NCBI GenBank assembly: GCA_030646915.1
Contig: JAUSKT010000021.1
Coordinates: forward strand, 19,707-83,706
DNA: 64,000 nucleotides
Direction: 5' to 3'
Source: a bacterium
GTDB taxonomy: Bacteria; Patescibacteriota; Minisyncoccia; UBA6257; 02-FULL-45-10c
A program made the position numbers and the translations under genes. How positions within the stretch are numbered: the stretch's first letter is position 1; the number at the start of each line of letters is the position of its first letter. The notes under the pieces are model-generated. The model ran no database searches and was not told where the DNA came from. It saw only the letters and a program-made list of their open reading frames with translations. Positions 59,442-64,000 of the stretch are shown piece by piece.

Positions 59442-60584
59442 ATGATACCTTACGGACATCAATCTATAGATGACTCTGATATAAAAGCGGTTATAAAGGT
59501 TTTAAAATCAGATTGGCTTAGCCAGGGCCCTAAGATTGCTGAATTTGAAGAGGCTTTAGCTAAATATTGCGGCGCCAAATACGCTGTGATTTTTTCCAGC
59601 GGTACTGCGGCGCTTCATGCAGCTTATTTTTCAGCAGGATTGAAATCGGGAGATGAATTCATTACTACTCCATTAACTTTTGCCGCAACTGGCAATGCCG
59701 GTCTTTATTTAGGCGCAAAGCCGGTTTTTGCCGATATTGGAGAAGATTTGAATTTGGATCCTGAAGAAACGGTTAAAAAAATAAACTCCAAGACCAAACT
59801 TATTTCTGTGGTGGATTTTGCTGGGTTGCCGGCTAAATTGGATGAATTGAAAAAAATCGCCCGTAAACATAATTTAGTTTTAGTGGAAGACGGATGCCAT
59901 GCGCTGGGAGCAAGCTATAAGGGTAAAAAAATCGGTTCCGTCGCTGATATGACGGCATTTAGTTTTCATCCGGTAAAATCCATTACTACAGGAGAAGGCG
60001 GCGCGGTGCTTACTGACAATAAAGATTACTATGAAAAAATGAAAGTTTTCCGCCATCATGGAATCGTGCGCGACCCATCCAAATTCAAAAATAAATCAGA
60101 TGGCGATTGGTATCATGAAATGCAGGAGCTTGGATTCAATTATCGGATTACTGATATCCAGGCGGCTCTGGGAATTTCCCAGCTGAAAAGACTGGATAAA
60201 TTTATAAAGGCAAGAAAGAAAATTGCATCAGCTTATAACCAAGCTTTCAAGAAATTTTCTGATAAAATAAAACTTCCGTCAGACAGCAAAGATTTTTCTT
60301 CATCTTGGCATATTTATATTTTAAGATTAAAAGGAAAATTAGAAAAAAAACGCGCAGAGGTTTTCAAAAAATTAAGAGAAGCAGGAATTGGAGCGCAGGT
60401 CCATTATTTGCCGGTTTATCTGCATCCGTATTATCAGTCTTTGGGCTATAAAAAGGGTTTATGCCCGAAAGCGGAAGAATATTATGAAACAGCCATTTCT
60501 TTACCGATTTTCCCAGATCTAAAATTAAAAGACCAGCAATTTGTAATTAAAAAACTCAATGAAATCCTTAAAAGTTATTTGTGA
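59442..60584 (+). CDS. pseC: UDP-4-amino-4,6-dideoxy-AltNAc transaminase
   Basis: IPYG-Q-I, SFHPVK-ITTGEGG and LGFNYR-TDIQ motifs; follows pseB. Confidence 0.9.
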   Translation: MIPYGHQSIDDSDIKAVIKVLKSDWLSQGPKIAEFEEALAKYCGAKYAVIFSSGTAALHAAYFSAGLKSGDEFITTPLTFAATGNAGLYLGAKPVFADIGEDLNLDPEETVKKINSKTKLISVVDFAGLPAKLDELKKIARKHNLVLVEDGCHALGASYKGKKIGSVADMTAFSFHPVKSITTGEGGAVLTDNKDYYEKMKVFRHHGIVRDPSKFKNKSDGDWYHEMQELGFNYRITDIQAALGISQLKRLDKFIKARKKIASAYNQAFKKFSDKIKLPSDSKDFSSSWHIYILRLKGKLEKKRAEVFKKLREAGIGAQVHYLPVYLHPYYQSLGYKKGLCPKAEEYYETAISLPIFPDLKLKDQQFVIKKLNEILKSYL

Positions 60585-61077
60585 AGTTTCCAATAAACAT
60601 TGCCATTTGACTGAAGAAGCTTTAAAAAAATCCGGACTGAATTTAACGAAATTAAAGGACTTATCTCAACCAGGACAGTGGGTCAGTAAAGAATATTATA
60701 ATGATGGTCAGGATAATTTTCGGGTTATTTTGCCTTCGAGAGAAACGGATCAATTTGAGCTTTCTTTAACTGATTGGATTAAGCGTTTTGGCCGAGATGC
60801 AGAACCAAAATGGAAAAGAAATAAAGAGTCCGGATATGTAGTAACTTTGCGCCACCTCCATATTTCCGATTTGCAAGCTGAAGAGCTTGGCCTTAAAGAT
60901 GGAGATTTTGTTTCTATCAGAAATATCGGAATAAGAGCGGGTCAGTTCGATAAAGTTTTAGTTCGAGTGAATTCCAATTTTGATTTTCGAGTGCATTTAG
61001 ATACTGATGAAGCCAATGCGCTTTATATAAAAAATGGAGATGAGGTAGAATTAGTTTTATCTAATAAAAGAACCTAA
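60559..61077 (+). CDS. pduL: PduL/EutD-type phosphate acyltransferase (shortened)
   Basis: SNKHCHL, DLSQPGQ, Q-ELS-TD, RHLH and H-DTDEANA motifs. Confidence 0.75.
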   Translation: MKSLKVICEVSNKHCHLTEEALKKSGLNLTKLKDLSQPGQWVSKEYYNDGQDNFRVILPSRETDQFELSLTDWIKRFGRDAEPKWKRNKESGYVVTLRHLHISDLQAEELGLKDGDFVSIRNIGIRAGQFDKVLVRVNSNFDFRVHLDTDEANALYIKNGDEVELVLSNKRT

Positions 61078-61095
61078 ATATTTCAAGTAATATAT

Positions 61096-62058
61096 ATGCA
61101 CAATAAAAAATTAAACTCTATTATGATTGTTGGGCTTGGTTCTATTGGCCGGCGGCATCTTAAAAATGTTTTGGCATTGGGGTATCGCAACGTGAGCGGT
61201 GTAGAGCCGAATAAAAAAAATGCTACAGCTGTGCAGGAAGAATTTTCTATTTCTGTGTATAATTCTTTGCAATTTGGTTTAAAGCAGGCGAAACCAGATG
61301 CAGTTTTTATATGCTCTCCTACAAATTTTCATATTTTAAACGCAATGGCTGCCCTTCGCGCTGGCTCGCACATTTTTATTGAAAAACCGTTATCAGTAAA
61401 TTTAAAAGGCGTTGATAATCTTATTCATTTGGCAAAACAAAAGAAAAAAATAGCAATGGTAGCTTGCAATTATCTTTTTCATCACGGATTTCAAAAATTG
61501 CAAAAAATTTTAGCGCAAAAAATTTACGGAAAACCGCTTTTTTGCCGGGTTACGGTTAGTTATTACTTGCCAACAGCCCGGAAAAATTCTAATTATAAAA
61601 ATCTTTATGCGGCGAGAAAAAATCAAGGCGGGGGAGTGGTTTTAGATTCCGGCAGCCATACAGTTAATTATTTACAGAATCTTTTCGGAAAAATAAAAAA
61701 AAGCGAGATAATTACTAGCAAACTTCATTCTTTAGGAATTCAAAGCGAAGAAGCTGCAGTTTTGGTATTGGAACATGCCAATGGGATTTTGAGCACTATT
61801 TCTCTAGATTATTTAAGTAAAAAACCTATTCATCGGCTGGAAGTAGTTACTGATCGAGGGTTGTTGATTTTAGATATCAAAGATGACTTCCTAGTATTTA
61901 AAGACGGTAAAAATAAAAAAGTGATTTATAAAGGCAATGGGGGTGCGAACCAGATGTTTCTTGATGAATTGAAATATTTTTTTCACTCTCTTAAAGAGAG
62001 AAAAAAACCGCTACAAGATTTAGAAGAGGCAAAAGAAATATTAAAAATTTTGGTTTAA
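61096..62058 (+). CDS. Gfo/Idh/MocA oxidoreductase
   Basis: GLGSIG-RH, FIEKPL and GGGV-LD--H motifs. Confidence 0.88.
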   Translation: MHNKKLNSIMIVGLGSIGRRHLKNVLALGYRNVSGVEPNKKNATAVQEEFSISVYNSLQFGLKQAKPDAVFICSPTNFHILNAMAALRAGSHIFIEKPLSVNLKGVDNLIHLAKQKKKIAMVACNYLFHHGFQKLQKILAQKIYGKPLFCRVTVSYYLPTARKNSNYKNLYAARKNQGGGVVLDSGSHTVNYLQNLFGKIKKSEIITSKLHSLGIQSEEAAVLVLEHANGILSTISLDYLSKKPIHRLEVVTDRGLLILDIKDDFLVFKDGKNKKVIYKGNGGANQMFLDELKYFFHSLKERKKPLQDLEEAKEILKILV

Positions 62059-62088
62059 CTTAGTTATAAGTTGGTTAGTTCTAATAAT

Positions 62089-63411
62089 ATGGCTATCAAA
62101 AACCAAAAAGGGATTGCTTTATGGAATAGAGCAAAAAAAATTATTCCCGGCGGGAGCCAGCTTTTATCTAAGCGTTCGGAAATGTTTTTGCCGGATCAAT
62201 GGCCTTCTTATTATAAAAAAGCTAAAGGCATTGAAATTCTAGATTTAGACGGTAAAAAATATATGGATTTTTCTATTATGGGCGTCGGTTCCTGCGCGCT
62301 TGGTTATGCTGATCCGGATGTGAATAAGGCAGTAAAATCTGCGATAGATAACGGTTCAATGTCAACTCTTAATTGTCCAGAGGAAGTGGAATTAGCAGAG
62401 CTTTTAATTAAATTGCACCCTTGGGCAAAAATGGCCCGCTATGCAAGGACTGGCGGGGAAGCAATGGCAGTGGCGGTGAGAATTGCCCGCGCTTACAGCG
62501 GCAAGGAAAAGGTAGTTTTTTGCGGCTATCATGGCTGGTCAGATTGGTATTTGGCCGCGAATTTAGCCGATCAGAAAAATTTAGACGGGCATTTGCTTCC
62601 AGGCTTGGAACCTGCAGGAGTTCCTCGTTCTCTTAGAGGAACAACGCTGGCTTTTTCATATAACCATATTGATGAATTAGAGAAGCTTGTAAAAGAAAAT
62701 AACGATATAGGCGTTATTGTAGTTGAACCATTTAGGCATCAACAGCCCCAAAATGATTTTTTAAAAAAGGTAAAAAAGATTGCCGAAAAAATCGGGGCAG
62801 TATTGATTTTTGATGAAGTTACCATTGCTTGGCGACTGAATGCCGGCGGCGTGCATCTTTTATATCGAGTTAATCCGGATATTGCTGTTTTGGGCAAAGC
62901 TATGAGTAATGGCTATCCGATGGCGGCGATTATTGGGCGGGAGGAAGTCATGCAGGCAGCCCAAAAAACTTTTATTAGTAGTACTTATTGGACGGAGAGG
63001 ATCGGGCCGACTGCATCTTTGGCAACGATTAAAAAAATGCAAAAAGTTAATCTACCAAGGCATTTAAAGAAAATTGGCAAGATGATCGGTGATGGCTGGC
63101 AAAAATTAGCAAAAAAACATCAATTAAAATTAAATGTTATCGGACCAGAAGCTTTAATCACTTTTTCTTTTGATTATAAAGATGATAGCCAGGCGATCAG
63201 GACTTTATTTACCCAAGAAATGCTGAAGCGGGGATTTTTAGCTTCTTCCAGTGTTTACGTTTCTTATGCGCATAAGCCTTATCATGTGAAAAAATATTTG
63301 AAAACAGTTGATGAAGTATTTGGAATTATTAAAAAAGCGATTTCAGATAAAAGAATCACTACCATTCTTAACGGTCCGGTTTCTCATACTGGATTTAAGC
63401 GTCTTACTTAA
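62089..63411 (+). CDS. Class III PLP aminotransferase (GSA-aminomutase-like, sugar-locus type)
   Basis: IPGG-QLLSKR, CGYHGW-DW, FDEV and GKAMSNG motifs. Confidence 0.88.
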   Translation: MAIKNQKGIALWNRAKKIIPGGSQLLSKRSEMFLPDQWPSYYKKAKGIEILDLDGKKYMDFSIMGVGSCALGYADPDVNKAVKSAIDNGSMSTLNCPEEVELAELLIKLHPWAKMARYARTGGEAMAVAVRIARAYSGKEKVVFCGYHGWSDWYLAANLADQKNLDGHLLPGLEPAGVPRSLRGTTLAFSYNHIDELEKLVKENNDIGVIVVEPFRHQQPQNDFLKKVKKIAEKIGAVLIFDEVTIAWRLNAGGVHLLYRVNPDIAVLGKAMSNGYPMAAIIGREEVMQAAQKTFISSTYWTERIGPTASLATIKKMQKVNLPRHLKKIGKMIGDGWQKLAKKHQLKLNVIGPEALITFSFDYKDDSQAIRTLFTQEMLKRGFLASSSVYVSYAHKPYHVKKYLKTVDEVFGIIKKAISDKRITTILNGPVSHTGFKRLT

Positions 63412-63416
63412 AATTT

Positions 63417-64000
63417 ATGGTTACCGCAATAATTCAAGCTCGGATGGGTTCTACTCGACTGCAGGGTAAGGTTTTGAAAAAGGTTTTGGGCAAGACAATG
63501 CTGGAATATCAAATTGAGAGAGTAAAACGAGCCAAGACTATTAATCAGATTATTCTTGCAACCACCACTAATTCAGAGAATAAAAAAATTATCCAACTTG
63601 CTCAAAAATTAAAAGTTAGGGCGTTTGCCGGTTCAGAAAACGATGTATTGGACCGTTATTATCAGGCAGCTACAAGATTCGGCATTGATGATGTAATCGT
63701 AAGATTAACTGGCGATTGTCCGCTAACCGATCCTAATATCATCGATAGGGTAGTCAGATTTTATCTAAAAAATAAAAAAAGCTGCCAATATGCAAATAAT
63801 GTCGATCCGCCGACTTTTCCGGATGGCATGGATGTAGAAGTTTTTTCATTTAATATATTAAAAGAAGCATGGCAAAAAGCGGATTTGCTTTCGGAACGAG
63901 AACACGTGACTCCTTATATCAGGAATCATCCGGAAAAATTCAAAATTAAAAATTTAAAAAGCAGAAAAGATTTATCTCGCCCACGCTTGGTACTTGATAA
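63417..64000 (+). CDS. spsF: SpsF-like cytidylyltransferase (CTP_transf_3), truncated by window edge
   Basis: Not in the ORF track. Manual translation MVTAIIQARMGSTRLQGKVL...GSENDVLDRY...RLTGDCP...P-GMDVE...REHVT; open to the edge. Confidence 0.85.
   Translation, partial: MVTAIIQARMGSTRLQGKVLKKVLGKTMLEYQIERVKRAKTINQIILATTTNSENKKIIQLAQKLKVRAFAGSENDVLDRYYQAATRFGIDDVIVRLTGDCPLTDPNIIDRVVRFYLKNKKSCQYANNVDPPTFPDGMDVEVFSFNILKEAWQKADLLSEREHVTPYIRNHPEKFKIKNLKSRKDLSRPRLVLD

Noticed and set aside
62089-63411. hemL (tetrapyrrole synthesis)
   Set aside because: Context is a sugar-nucleotide operon next to spsF, and no other hem genes are present.
1-64000. Alternative genetic code (TGA recoding), tRNA or rRNA genes
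   Set aside because: Long genes are intact under code 11 and some end in TGA; no cloverleaf or rRNA-like sequence was recognised by eye.

Overview
AT-rich bacterial window using standard code 11. It most likely comes from Patescibacteria/Parcubacteria (inference from gene content, scarce Shine-Dalgarno sites and palindromic intergenic elements). The first 13 kb carries RNase H-like proteins, a cysteine desulfurase, secreted proteins, clpB with a perfect CIRCE operator, a wHTH regulator and a 1200-aa Thr/Ser/Gly-rich S-layer-like protein. From 13.5 kb to the end is a >50-kb surface-glycan locus: 8 GT4s, 5 polyprenol-phosphate-sugar-synthase-like GT2s, about 7 GT-C-like membrane transferases, rmlB/rmlA, two gmd, a ColD-like dehydratase, a sugar C-methyltransferase, FdtA/FdtB, a UbiA-type polyprenyl-phosphoribose module and a pseudaminic-acid-type module containing a PduL homolog. 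The most unusual non-gene signals are: (i) degenerate 7-nt tandem arrays written into coding sequence at equivalent helices of several GT4s; (ii) TCCCG...CGGG palindromic insertions with 5-bp direct repeats, one sitting exactly on the clpB start codon; (iii) an IS200/IS605-like three-hairpin mini-element; (iv) two strongly structured intergenic regions; (v) a methyltransferase split at a T TTT TTA slippery site. No tRNA, rRNA, CRISPR array, reverse transcriptase or transposase was recognised. All calls are by eye from motifs; no database searches were run.
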